From Anaerolineae bacterium (GTDB lineage Bacteria; Chloroflexota; Anaerolineae; S140-20), in the NCBI GenBank assembly GCA_027021705.1, contig JALUTT010000073.1, positions 37,993-101,992 on the forward strand: a DNA stretch of 64,000 nt, in the 5' to 3' direction. A program made the position numbers and the translations under genes. Shown in pieces: positions 48,308 through 58,800 of the stretch; the stretch's first letter is position 1; each line of letters opens with the position of its first letter. Under the pieces are notes generated by a model. The model was not told the origin of the DNA. It did no database searches and saw only the letters and a list, made by a program, of their open reading frames with translations.

Positions 48308-48331
48308 GGGGCGACCCAGAGGGGTCGCCCC
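48308..48331. terminator. Hairpin between convergent transcription units
   Basis: GGGGCGACCC-AGAG-GGGTCGCCCC. Confidence 0.65.
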
Positions 48332-48348
48332 AATGGTTTGGGGTTTTC

Positions 48349-49149
48349 CTACACCTCGGCGGACCTCAGCAGCTCGATGGCGATGGTCACCACTAGGCTG
48401 GCGATCTCGCCCTGGTGCTGGTCAATCTGTTCGTAGATGCGACTTCCCCATCCCCTCTGGGCGGCCTGCTCCCGCAGCACCGCCTTCAGCGCCTCGGAGG
48501 ACTCCCCGCCCCCTCGAGCCCGCTCCAGGACATCGTCCAGCCCTTCCAGGATCGGGTCGGTGATCAGGGCCTGCAGCCTGTCTACCAGGGTGTAGTACTG
48601 GGTTCGGTAGCTCTTTTGGAGCTGGGTGTATCGCCCCACGTCTAGCAGGCCCTGATCGTACTGCCGTCGGGTCTCGTTCAACACATCGTCCAAGGCTCGG
48701 AGTTCGGCGTAGAGCTGGCTCAACCGCTCTACCGTCTTCGCCCGCGTGACTTCTCGCTCGCCTCTTGCTAGGGTAGTCGTGACCACCTCTTCGAAGTAGG
48801 GGATGTCGAAACGGTTCTTCTCGATGAAGTCCACGATCTGGAACTCTTTGAAGGCGACCCGAACCACCTGGATGGTCCCCCGACCGCTGACGATGATGCA
48901 GCGGGTGTTCTCGTGGTGGTGGCGGATGTGGTTGAGCAGACGCTGCCCTTCCAGGAGGGGCGTGGCCGCATCCAGCTCTAGGTCCAGGATGACGAGGGAG
49001 AAGGGGGAGACCTCTTCGAGGGCCTGTCGGGCCTGCTGATAGGTGCTGGCCAGGCTCACCCGGTATCCCAGGTCTTCCAGAATCTCCCGCAGGATCGCCT
49101 GCCACTTAGGGTCGTCTTCCACGATCAAGATTCGCGGTGCCTCGCTCAT
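48349..49149 (-). CDS. Receiver domain fused to an unrecognised helical domain
   Basis: ILIVEDD, VILDLEL, IIVSG and DFIEKNRFD motifs. About 135-aa helical tail without an HTH. Confidence 0.85.
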   Translation of the reverse strand: MSEAPRILIVEDDPKWQAILREILEDLGYRVSLASTYQQARQALEEVSPFSLVILDLELDAATPLLEGQRLLNHIRHHHENTRCIIVSGRGTIQVVRVAFKEFQIVDFIEKNRFDIPYFEEVVTTTLARGEREVTRAKTVERLSQLYAELRALDDVLNETRRQYDQGLLDVGRYTQLQKSYRTQYYTLVDRLQALITDPILEGLDDVLERARGGGESSEALKAVLREQAAQRGWGSRIYEQIDQHQGEIASLVVTIAIELLRSAEV

Positions 49150-49161
49150 CGAGGTCCTCTC

Positions 49162-50454
49162 TCACAGGGCTCGGAGGGCGGTGGCCATCTCCCCGGCGGT
49201 CTGGTAGCGCTCCCCCCGGCGCTTAGCTGCGGCCTTGAAGATGATCGTCTCCAGGGCGGGTGGAATGGCGGGGTTGAGCTGGCGGGGAGGCGGCAGAGGC
49301 TCAGAGATGTGCTTGATCGCCACCGCCACGGGCGTGTCCGCCTGGAAGGGTACCTGTCCGGTCAGCATCTCGAAAAGGACGATGCCCAGCGAGTAGATGT
49401 CGGCCCGGTGATCCACCGGCTCTTCCATCGCCTGCTCTGGTGACATGTAGTTGAAGGTGCCCACGATCCCTGTCCGGGTCAGTTGCGGCCCTTCCACCAG
49501 CTTGGCGATGCCGAAATCGGTGATCTTCACCTGATCGCCGGGCAGAAGGATGACATTGGAGGGCTTGATGTCGCGGTGGATCACCCCTTGTTGGTGGGCG
49601 TAGTCCAGGGCATCGCAGATTTGGATGGCGATCTGGACGCTCCGTTGGACGGACAACGGCCCCTCCCGTTCGATGACCGTCGCCAGGGTGGGGCCGTCCA
49701 AATACTCCATCACCAGGAAGGAGGTTCCCCGGTCCTCCGCCGCGTCGAAGACGATGACGATGTTGGGGTGGACCAATCGGCCCGCCGAACGGGCCTCCCG
49801 TCGAAAACGCTGTTGCAGTTCCGGGTGGGCGCTAAGGGCCGGATGGAGCACCTTCAGGGCCACGATGCGGTCAATGTTGGGATCACGGGCCTTGTAGACG
49901 ATCCCCATGGCCCCCCGGCCCAGCTCCTCCAGGATCTCGTAGCGCCCGATGTAGCGTCCATCGGCCCGTTGCTCCTGCCGTTGGGCTTCCATCAGGGCCT
50001 TGTAGACGATCTCCCGGAACTCCTGGAGGTCGAATTGGTCCTTGGTGATGAAGTCGAAGACGTTGTAGCGTTTGAAGAAGTCCCGCACCTGCATCGTGGA
50101 GATGTCGGGCCGGCCTGTTACCACGATGCAGAGGGCCTGGGGGTAGTGCAGGTTGACGTAGTGGACAATGCGCTGCCCTGCCTTGACCTGAGGATACGAG
50201 GTGCCTTCGATGTCGGATACGCTGCCTCCTAGATCGGGCAGGCCGATGTCCACGGTAACCAGGTGGAAAGGGCGTCCCTCGTCCTGGGCTCGGGTCAGGG
50301 CTCGCTTCGCCTCTTCGTAGCTGGAGGCCAACTCCACCTCGCAGGTGTCCTCTAGCGTCTCCCGCAGCACCTGCTGCCAGTAGTGTTCATCCTCCACCAC
50401 CAACACCCTACCCCAGTGCGCCGAGGCGTTCTCTTCTCCCGTCATCATCTTCAC
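49162..50454 (-). CDS. Receiver domain fused to a Hanks-type Ser/Thr protein kinase
   Basis: Receiver motifs VVEDE and VTVDIGL, then GRGAMG, VALK, HRDIKPSN, DFG and YMSPE. Confidence 0.95.
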   Translation of the reverse strand: MKMMTGEENASAHWGRVLVVEDEHYWQQVLRETLEDTCEVELASSYEEAKRALTRAQDEGRPFHLVTVDIGLPDLGGSVSDIEGTSYPQVKAGQRIVHYVNLHYPQALCIVVTGRPDISTMQVRDFFKRYNVFDFITKDQFDLQEFREIVYKALMEAQRQEQRADGRYIGRYEILEELGRGAMGIVYKARDPNIDRIVALKVLHPALSAHPELQQRFRREARSAGRLVHPNIVIVFDAAEDRGTSFLVMEYLDGPTLATVIEREGPLSVQRSVQIAIQICDALDYAHQQGVIHRDIKPSNVILLPGDQVKITDFGIAKLVEGPQLTRTGIVGTFNYMSPEQAMEEPVDHRADIYSLGIVLFEMLTGQVPFQADTPVAVAIKHISEPLPPPRQLNPAIPPALETIIFKAAAKRRGERYQTAGEMATALRAL

Positions 50455-50835
50455 CTAATACAACACTTGATGCAAAATGGTGATGTACTCGAGGAGGTCA
50501 AACCGGCTCTTATCCAGGAAGGCGAAGGGATGGAAACGCTGTACGCTGGCCTGGGTCACCTGGCGCGATCCGCTGACCACGATGGTGGGAATAGCGCGGC
50601 CCGATCGCGCGATGTACTGCAGGACCCTCTCGCCATCCCGATTGCCTTGAATGCCCGTCAGGTTGATGTCCACGACGGCCAGGTCGAAGGGCTGGGCCTC
50701 CAACGCGGCGATTGCTTCCTGGTAGCTGCGGGCGGTGGTGATCAGGTGGCCCTCTTCTTCCAGAGGCTCCCTCAGGATCTGCTCCCGCCATTCCTCGTTG
50801 TCCTCGACAATCAGGATTCGGCGCTGCTTGGTCAT
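50455..50835 (-). CDS. Single-domain response regulator
   Basis: ILIVEDN, AVVDINL, IVVSG and FLDKSRFD motifs. Confidence 0.9.
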   Translation of the reverse strand: MTKQRRILIVEDNEEWREQILREPLEEEGHLITTARSYQEAIAALEAQPFDLAVVDINLTGIQGNRDGERVLQYIARSGRAIPTIVVSGSRQVTQASVQRFHPFAFLDKSRFDLLEYITILHQVLY

Positions 50836-50838
50836 CCT

Positions 50839-53800
50839 TCACCTCTCCTCTCCCGCGCCTGCCTCCCTGTCTTCCGTGCTCCCCTCCCGGCCTGGGGAGA
50901 CTTTACGGATGGGTATGCGCACGATGAAGGTGCTTCCCTTCCCGACCTCGCTCTCTACCAGGATGTCCCCCCCCAACCGTCGCATAAACATCCGTGACCA
51001 CCAGAGGCCGTAGCCCAGTCCTCCCTTCTTCGTTGTGGTCCCCATACGGAAAATTTCCTCTTGCTGGTCCTTAGGGATACCCGGTCCGGTGTCGGAAACG
51101 TAAACGCTCACCCAGTTTTCGTCGGTCTGCTCCGTCCGTATCCGCAGCGTGCCCTCATCCCCCATCGCCTCCAGCGCGTTGGTGATCAGGTTTAGGAAGA
51201 CTTCGCTCAGTTGAGGGGTGGCCATCACTGGCGGCAGGTCCTCGGCGTACTCTTTGATCACGGTGATGCCCGGTGGCATCGAAGGGATCTCGGTCCAGGC
51301 CCGGATGATGGCGCTGTTCACCTGGATCGGCTCCAGCGTCATCGGCTGGAAGGGGCGGCGGATCCGTCGGGCGATCTCCAGCGTCTGTTCGGCGTTCTCC
51401 CGGATGGCCTGGAGCTTGTCCCGCAGGTAGGCGTTGGTCAGGGTGCCCTGCATCATCTTCAACTCGATCTGCTGGAGCATGGCCCGGATGGCCCCCACGT
51501 TGTTGTTGATCCGGTGGACCATGTTGCCGGCGATGTCGGCCATCGCCGCGATCTTCTCCGCTTCCATCTGCCGCCGTTGCGACTCCCGCATCGCCTCCAG
51601 GTAGCGGGCGTTCTGGATGGCGATGGCGGCCTGGCTCGCCAGCGCCTCCAGCAGCCGTTGATCGTCCCGAGTGAAGGCACCGGGCTTAGGGCTGCCGATG
51701 TTGATGACGCCGATGGGCTCTCCCTGAGGGCCGCCGAGAATGGGGACCGAAAGGGCTGACCGGGCCTCGGGGATGATCTCTCGATACCAATCGGCCCAGC
51801 GCCAGCTTTGCCAGGGGGGACGGGTGACGTCAGGCACGATGGTGGGCCGCTTCTTCTCGATCAAGCGGGTGACGCCCGTCTCGTCCAGCTTCAGCCGGAT
51901 GGTGCTCTTGCTCAGCCCCCGACCGACCTTGGAGACCACCTCACCGGCCAGCCGGTCCAGGAGCATAATGTTGCCGTAGGGAGCCCCGATGATGTTCAGT
52001 GCACCTTCTAGGATCCGGTCCAGCACCCGGTCAATGTCCAGCGTGGAGGTGATCGCCTTGTCAATCTTCTGCAGTTCTTCCAGTTCCCGAATCTTACGGT
52101 GCAGCTCCGCGTTGGCCCGCTCCAGTTCCAGGTTGGCCTGGAAGAGGTCCTGGTTGAGCTTCTCGAAGAGGCGGGACTTGTCAATGACCAGCGCAGCCTG
52201 GTTGGCGAAGATCCGCAGGGTGGTCAGTTCGTCCTCGCTGAAGGGGTGGGGCTGCCGGAAGTTCACGTAGAGGATGCCTAGGGGGTGGTCGCCCACGGCC
52301 AGGTGGAAGCCGGCAAAGGCCCGGATCTGCTCCCGGGCGATGAAGGGCGTCTCCAGCAGTTCGGGCGCTTCCCGTTCCAGGTCCTCATAGCAGAGGATGC
52401 CTTCCTGGCGGACCCGGTCGGCGGGATCGCGGACTGCCGTGCCCCCTTCCGTCAGCGAGAGGGGATAGCGGGTCCCGTAGGTGGCGACGTTCTGCACGTC
52501 GTAGACGTCGCCCCGGCCGGAGACGTAGGGGTAGATAACGGCACAGTCGGCCCCCACCACCTCACACGCCCCTTTGACGATCTGCTCCAAGACCCGCTTG
52601 GGGTGCTCCGAGACCGCCTGGGTCACCGCCTGGCCCACCTCCAGGAGCGTTTCCATCTCCTGGATGCGTTTGCGTTCTTCGTCGAAAAGGCGGGCGTTCT
52701 CCACGGCGACGGCCACGGAGGCGGCCACCAGCCGCAGCAGGTCCTCGTCCTCCTGGTCGAACATCCCCCCGATCTTGTTCACCACCTCGATGACGCCGAT
52801 GACCTCCTTGCGTCCGATCAGGGGGACGCAGAGAAGGGATTTGGTCTGGAAGCCGGTCATCTGGTCCAGTTGGGGCGAGAAACGCTCGTCCCGCTGCACA
52901 TCCGGGACCAGCGCGGGCTCGCCCGTCTTCACCACCCAGCCGGCGATGCCCTCGCCCACGGCCAGTTGGATGTCGGGGCACTGGTTGCCCAGGCCGGGGG
53001 AGTGGGCGGCGACCAACTGGAGGACCGGCGGTTCCCCGCCTGGTTTGGGGGTGGTCAGCCAGATAGAGATCCCCTCGACCGGGAGGATCTCTCGGACGCC
53101 CTGGAGCACCCGGTCGAGCACCGCTTCCCGCTCCAACCGGGAGGTGAGCGCCTCGCTGATCTGGTGGAGTGTCTTGAGGCGCTGGAGGAGACGGGCGTTC
53201 TGGATGGCGATCCCCCCCTGGGCGGAGAAGATCTCCAGCACCCGTCCGTCGGCCTCGGTGAATCCCAGGTTGTCCCGCTTGTTGGAGACCTGGAGCACGC
53301 CGATGGGGGAGCCGCCGGCCCGGATGACGGCCAGGATGGTGGAGCGGACCCCCACCCGGCGGGCCAGGTGATCCAGGCGCATAGCCCGCACCATGGGATT
53401 GGTGGAGACGTCGTTGATGATCAACGGAAAGCCGGCCTGCCAGGCTCGCCAGATCTGGATGTTCCTCCGCAGGGGAATCTGGTAGTCCTGGAGAGCTTCG
53501 TCCGGCACCCCGTACCCGGGGGGGTGGTAGACCAGGCGCTCCTGCTCGGCGTCGTAAAGCAGGATGGCGGACATCTCTGCGTCCAGGAGGGTGGCTGCCT
53601 GTTCGTTCAGCTTTCGGTAGATGTCCTCGATGGCCGTTCCCAGGCTCATCTGGCCCAGGCGCAGGGAGATCTGCTGCAAGCGCGTCAGCTCCTCCACCCG
53701 CTGTTCCAGCTCCTCGAAGAAGGCATCCCGCTCCTGGCGCAGGCGGGCCTCTCCCAGGACTTTGCGCACGGCATTCAGCAGATGCTCCAGGGATTCGAAG

Positions 53801-54156
53801 GGTTTTTTGATGTAGTCTCGCACGCCCAGTTGCAGGGCCTGGATGGCGATCTCCTCGTTGCCGTAGGCCGTGGTGATGATGGTCGGTGGGGTGAAGCCGT
53901 AGCTGCTGAGGGCCTGTAGGAGCGAGATCCCCAGGAGTTTGGGGCTGCGGTGGGGGGAGGGAATGCTATCGGCGGGACCGGGGGGGATCCGCAAGTCCAG
54001 GAGAAGCAAGTCGGGGCGTTCGTGGAGCGCCTTTTCTAGCCCTTCCCTCATATTGTGCGCGATGACAACTTGATAGCCGTTCTGCTCGAGCCAGAGGCCC
54101 ACCATACGGGCCTGATCCACCTCATCCTCGACGATCAGAATCTTCTCACCAGTCAC
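50839..54156 (-). CDS. Hybrid histidine kinase (REC - 4x GAF - HisKA - HATPase)
   Basis: N-terminal REC. Four GAF repeats ending in FxxxD...AIxNARL-like motifs. H-box MVHRINN, NLITNALEAM, DTGPGI and GLGYGL. Confidence 0.93.
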   Translation of the reverse strand: MTGEKILIVEDEVDQARMVGLWLEQNGYQVVIAHNMREGLEKALHERPDLLLLDLRIPPGPADSIPSPHRSPKLLGISLLQALSSYGFTPPTIITTAYGNEEIAIQALQLGVRDYIKKPFESLEHLLNAVRKVLGEARLRQERDAFFEELEQRVEELTRLQQISLRLGQMSLGTAIEDIYRKLNEQAATLLDAEMSAILLYDAEQERLVYHPPGYGVPDEALQDYQIPLRRNIQIWRAWQAGFPLIINDVSTNPMVRAMRLDHLARRVGVRSTILAVIRAGGSPIGVLQVSNKRDNLGFTEADGRVLEIFSAQGGIAIQNARLLQRLKTLHQISEALTSRLEREAVLDRVLQGVREILPVEGISIWLTTPKPGGEPPVLQLVAAHSPGLGNQCPDIQLAVGEGIAGWVVKTGEPALVPDVQRDERFSPQLDQMTGFQTKSLLCVPLIGRKEVIGVIEVVNKIGGMFDQEDEDLLRLVAASVAVAVENARLFDEERKRIQEMETLLEVGQAVTQAVSEHPKRVLEQIVKGACEVVGADCAVIYPYVSGRGDVYDVQNVATYGTRYPLSLTEGGTAVRDPADRVRQEGILCYEDLEREAPELLETPFIAREQIRAFAGFHLAVGDHPLGILYVNFRQPHPFSEDELTTLRIFANQAALVIDKSRLFEKLNQDLFQANLELERANAELHRKIRELEELQKIDKAITSTLDIDRVLDRILEGALNIIGAPYGNIMLLDRLAGEVVSKVGRGLSKSTIRLKLDETGVTRLIEKKRPTIVPDVTRPPWQSWRWADWYREIIPEARSALSVPILGGPQGEPIGVINIGSPKPGAFTRDDQRLLEALASQAAIAIQNARYLEAMRESQRRQMEAEKIAAMADIAGNMVHRINNNVGAIRAMLQQIELKMMQGTLTNAYLRDKLQAIRENAEQTLEIARRIRRPFQPMTLEPIQVNSAIIRAWTEIPSMPPGITVIKEYAEDLPPVMATPQLSEVFLNLITNALEAMGDEGTLRIRTEQTDENWVSVYVSDTGPGIPKDQQEEIFRMGTTTKKGGLGYGLWWSRMFMRRLGGDILVESEVGKGSTFIVRIPIRKVSPGREGSTEDREAGAGEER

Positions 54157-54263
54157 CGCTTCCTCCCGTTCCTATGCAGATGACCTGGAGGGCGGAACCT
54201 CAAGCCTGCCACCCCCGGCAGATGTGGCAGACATCCCGCCCAGGTGCGAGGGGGGCAGGGACC

Positions 54264-54292
54264 ATTATACCCCGAAGCCAGGGGGTTGGCAA
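54264..54292 (-). promoter_or_regulatory. Sigma70 promoter for the kinase operon
   Basis: TTGCCA-17nt-TATAAT on the minus strand. Confidence 0.72.
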
Positions 54293-54332
54293 TGGAGCTC
54301 GCTGTGATGCAGGCTTTCGGTGCTCTCTTGTC

Positions 54333-54428
54333 ACCCTCCCGCAGGTCCTGCGATGTCCGGCGACCGCTATGGTGTATCGAAGGCTCCCTACGAGGTGCTT
54401 CAGGCCGTGGGGAGGGCCTGCGGGAGGG
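54333..54428. repeat. Inverted-repeat element family B, copy 3
   Basis: ACCCTCCCGCAGG...CCTGCGGGAGGG. Homologous in reverse orientation to 40047..40141. Confidence 0.8.
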
Positions 54429-54476
54429 CTTCTCTCAAGGGGTAGAGCGCTGAAAAACCCTGGCTGCGATGGCGGT

Positions 54477-55802
54477 TTATAGCGCCTCCAGCCGGACCAT
54501 CAGGAAGGGGACCAGCATCTCCTCAGGGGTCAGGCTGCCGTGGTGACCCCGCAGCAGGTGGGGTTCCTCTTCCCGCCGCTTGACCATCAACTGGGCACCA
54601 CCCTGGGCCAGGGCCAGCAGGTCGCCGATGCGCCGGGGCACCCCGCGCGCCCACCCTTCGGAGCCGTTCCCCCGACCGAAGAGGCCAGCCTCCAGGGCTT
54701 GTGGAGCCTCGACGACGACGAACTGGTCAGCCAGCCGCTCCTGGAGGTAGGCGCGGACCTCCTCTACCGCCCCCTGCCGGGCGTGCAGGTAGGCGGCCCG
54801 AGCCTCCCCCGTCGGTGGGATGAGAAGCATCTCCTCCAACTCAGGGTGGTCCTCCATCCAGACGATGGCCTCCGGCGGCGTGCTGACCTGGCCGTGGTCG
54901 GCCATGAGGATCAGCAGCGTGCCGGCCCGCTCCGAAAGAGAGAGGTCGCGCAGCAGCTCCCTTTCCAGCACCCAGGAGAGGCTGCGCAGCTCGGCCTCCC
55001 ACTGGGGGGAGTCGGGGCCGTAGAGGTGCCCAATGCTGTCCGGCCCGGCCCAGTAGACGTTGAGGAAGAGGGGAGCGTCTTGATGGGCTGCCAACATCTG
55101 GCGCAGGTCCACCCACATATCGGTGGCGTGGAAGTAGCCCACCGAGTCGGCGACACCCCGCAGGAAGAGCTCGTTCAGCCCGCCCTCCAGGTAGCCGACG
55201 TAGGTGAGGGAGTGGGTGACGATGCCCCGCTCTTGGAGGCGCTGGCCCAGCCCCGGGACGGGGACGAAGTGGTCCAGCTTCAGCCCCCACTGGAGGAGCA
55301 GCCCCGGCACCTTGGTGGCGGCAGGACTCAGGCGGATCATATCGCCCACAGCTCCCTGCTCGTAGAGCCAGAGCTTGGTGCCCAAGTAGCCGTGGACGGC
55401 CGGCGGCTGTCCCGTCCAGAGGGTGGTTAGGGCGGCCATCGTGGCCGAGGGGAAGGTGGAGGTGAGGGGGATGAGGCGACCGGCCTCCACGAGCCGGTGG
55501 AAGACGAGGCTCCCGTCGTCGTCCAACGCCTGGAGAAAGGCCCGATAGCCCACGGCGTCCAGCAGCACCAGGACGATCCGGCGCACCCCCTCGGCCAGGT
55601 CGGCCCAGAGTTCCTGGGGCAGGGGCGGGGCCAGATCGGGGAAAGGGGCGCCCAGCATCATGGCGACGGTGGCGGGGACGTTGGCGATGGAGAGGCCGTC
55701 GTAGTGGGGCATCAGGAAGCCGTCGGCCAGCAAGGGCTCCAGCCCGGCCAGGCGGTGGCGGTGCAGCCGGGCTTCGATCTCCAAGGTAAGCGCTTCGTTC
55801 AT
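54477..55802 (-). CDS. Alkaline-phosphatase-superfamily nucleotide pyrophosphatase/phosphodiesterase
   Basis: LLDAVG, STFPSAT, DSIGHLYGP, ADHGQ and GHHGSLTPEEMLVP motifs. Start MNEALT at 55802. Confidence 0.9.
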   Translation of the reverse strand: MNEALTLEIEARLHRHRLAGLEPLLADGFLMPHYDGLSIANVPATVAMMLGAPFPDLAPPLPQELWADLAEGVRRIVLVLLDAVGYRAFLQALDDDGSLVFHRLVEAGRLIPLTSTFPSATMAALTTLWTGQPPAVHGYLGTKLWLYEQGAVGDMIRLSPAATKVPGLLLQWGLKLDHFVPVPGLGQRLQERGIVTHSLTYVGYLEGGLNELFLRGVADSVGYFHATDMWVDLRQMLAAHQDAPLFLNVYWAGPDSIGHLYGPDSPQWEAELRSLSWVLERELLRDLSLSERAGTLLILMADHGQVSTPPEAIVWMEDHPELEEMLLIPPTGEARAAYLHARQGAVEEVRAYLQERLADQFVVVEAPQALEAGLFGRGNGSEGWARGVPRRIGDLLALAQGGAQLMVKRREEEPHLLRGHHGSLTPEEMLVPFLMVRLEAL

Positions 55803-55860
55803 CCTACTCTCCTCTTCTCGTGTGCTTCGTGTCCTTTGTGTCTTTGGGTCCTTGGTTCCC

Positions 55861-58800
55861 TTACGGTACGGTGAACTCTCCCACGATGACCCGGTCTCCC
55901 GTCGCGCGGCCCTCCCGATCCACCACGGGCAGCCGCTGGAGGGTGGCGAGCAGGTACCAGCCCACCTCAACCTGGTAGCGCCCCGGCGGGGCGTCAGGCA
56001 TAAGGGGAACTTGGTAGGGATCGTCCACGACCACGCCGGGTGTCCACCGGCTGGTGGGCAGCGTCCCCTGGACCGGCCAGGCGTCCACCTGGCCGTGGAG
56101 CCGTCCATCGGGGCCCAGCAGGTGGACGAAGACGGTGTAGTCCTCTTCCATCGTCTGGAGCCCCTGCCAGCGCAGCACCACCGGCAGGGCCTCGCCCGGG
56201 CGCAGGCTCGTGGCCCCCACCTGGGCCTCCAGCAGGAGGATGCGGTTGTCGAAGTTGGCCAGGGCAGAGGCAGCCCGTTCCTCGACCCGGAGGCGGGCCA
56301 CGGCGCAGCCGGTCCATGGCGGCCCCAGCCGCAGCCAGCCGCAGCGGGCCGGCAGCAGCTCCCCCGCCTCGTCCTCCAGCCCGACCCAGAGGGTGTAGCG
56401 CCCCGGCTCGGCAGGCGCGGTGAGCTCCAGCCGCTCCGACCAGGGCCGGCCCACCGGCCACCGGGCCTCCCGGTGGGGGGCGATCTGCCAGGTCCAGCGC
56501 GCCTCCTGCTGCTCCGGGCCCCGGAGCAGCCGCTTCCCGGCCCCCTGCTCCCGCCCCCAAGTCACGACGACCGAGGTCGCCCGGCCCTCCCCGCCCCACT
56601 GCTGCCAGGTCAGCGTGACCTCGACGGGGCCGCCGGCAGGAACTACCTCCGGCACGTCGGCGCCCAGCAGGAGGCGGGTGGTCCCAAAGGCGGCCCGCAG
56701 GGGACGGGCCGGGGGCGGCGGGGGCGGCGGTTCCGGGGAGAGGTCGAGGAGGGAGGCGTAGACCCCACCGCCCGGCAAGACCTCCAACCCCTCCTCGCTG
56801 AAGGGCGGGAAGAGGCCCACCTCCAGCCGGTAGGAGCCGATGGGCCGGGCCGGGTCGGGGGGCAGCTCGTGATAGTCGGGCACGATCTCACCCGGCTTCC
56901 AGGCGATGGTGGGGTAGAAGTTGTTGGCCGGATGGCGGCCCTCCTCCTCCCACCAGACCTGTCCCGTCCGGTCCACCAGCCGCAGCCGAACGTGGTAGAC
57001 GGCCCCGACGGGGGCGTCCGCCTGCCAGTAGAGGGTGATCCCCAGCCCCCCGTTGGGGCCGGGCGCCGGCCCTTCCACCCCGCGCAGGCGGATCACCTCC
57101 CCGAAGCGCCAGGGGAGGGGCCGGGCTGTGGGCGGAAGATCGGTCAAGGGGGCCGTACCGACCTCCGTCAGGGGGCCGAGGGCACGCAGGTGGTAGCTCC
57201 CCTCCAGGCCGGGCAGGTAGCGGGCCAGGTAGACGGGCTGCCCCTCCCCCAGCCGGCGGGTCAGCTCGGCCCGGTAGAGGGCCTCGTTGCCCAGCACCAG
57301 CAGGTCCAGATCGGGCCGCACCCCCTCGATCCGCTGGAGGTAGTAGAGGGGGGCGATCTTCTCGCTATCGGCCAGGATGGCCGCGCCCGGGGGGATGGGC
57401 AACTGGAGCACCCGCCGGCCCCAGCGGTAGGCCGCCCGTTGGCCGCTCTGGTCTACCGCCGGGCCGTTGGTCCAGAAGAGGCTAAGGGGGAGCAGGGCGA
57501 AGCCGGTCAGGAGGAGGGCGCGGAGGGTGGGCCGGTGGGCCAGAAGGTGGGCGAGGGCGCCGAGGGCCAACCCGATCCAGAGGGCGAGCACCAGATGGGC
57601 GGGCAGGAGGAAGACGGCGATGTCGGGCACGTAGTAGCTGAGGCCGTACCAGGCGTAGGCCAGGAAGAGGAGCAGCGTGGCCAGGGCCATCGGCCAGCGC
57701 CGCCGGAACAGCCAGAGCCAGCCCACCAGGGCCAGGAGCAGCCCCGGCCGGCCGAAGGGCTCCGCCAGCAGCCGCCCCACGATGGCGTAGCGGGTCGGGT
57801 CGGTCCGCCAGGCCGCCGGTTGGAAGGCCCCGCTGAACTGCTGGCCGGTGACGTAGGCCCAGAACTGGCCCGGCGACATCCAGACCCCCTGGTGGAGGGC
57901 CGGCCAGCGCAGGGGGATGTAGAGGTAGAGGCTCAGCCCCAGAGCGAGGAGGCCGATGGCGACGGCCCCATCCCGCCAGCGCATCCGAGGGGGGGCGAGG
58001 ACCAGGGCCAGGAGCAGGGCCGGCAGGAGCAGCGCCGTCGTCAGGTGGTTGGCGAAGCTCAGCCCCACCAGCAGCAGCATCCCCTGCCACAGCCGCACCC
58101 GCTTCCGCGCCCCCTCGTCCTCGTCCTGATCCGGCGTCCCCGGCGGTGCGGCGGCAGGGGCAGCCCAGCCCTGGGGGCGGGGGGCTTCCTCTCGCTCCCG
58201 GCCGGGGGATGGGAGGAGGGAGGCAAGCCCGGTCAGCAGGAGCACGACGAAGAGATTGTGCAGGGCGTAGACCTCGGCGACGATGGCTTGGGACCAGAAG
58301 GTGCGGGAGAAGGCGAGGGCGAGGGCGGCCAGCAGCGGGGGGAGCCAGCCGGTTGCCTCCCCCTCCCGGCGGATGAGGCGGTAGAGCAGCACGACGGTGG
58401 CCGTGGCGAAGGTGGCCGAGGTGAGGTTGACCCGCCAGGCGACGTGGCCCACGGGGAGGCGGGAGAAGAGCCAGCCCAGCAGGATGTAGAGGGGGTAGCC
58501 GGTGGGGTGGGCAACGCCCAGGGTGGGGGCGACGACCTGGAACTCGAAGGTGTCGGCCTGGCCGACGGTGGGGCCGAGGGTGCGCAGGTAGACGGCGAAG
58601 GTGAGGGGGGCCAGCAGCCAGGGCACGGCCCGTCCTGTCGCGATGACCTCCCAGGCCGGGAGGACCGTCAGGAGGAGCCCGGCGGTCACCAGCGTCCAGC
58701 CGGCCAGCAGGTCTACGCGGGGCCAGAGGGCGTAAAGGCCGGCCAGGAGCAGGGGCAGCGGGAAGGTGGGGGTGGGGGGCCGGCTGAACCGGGCCACCAT

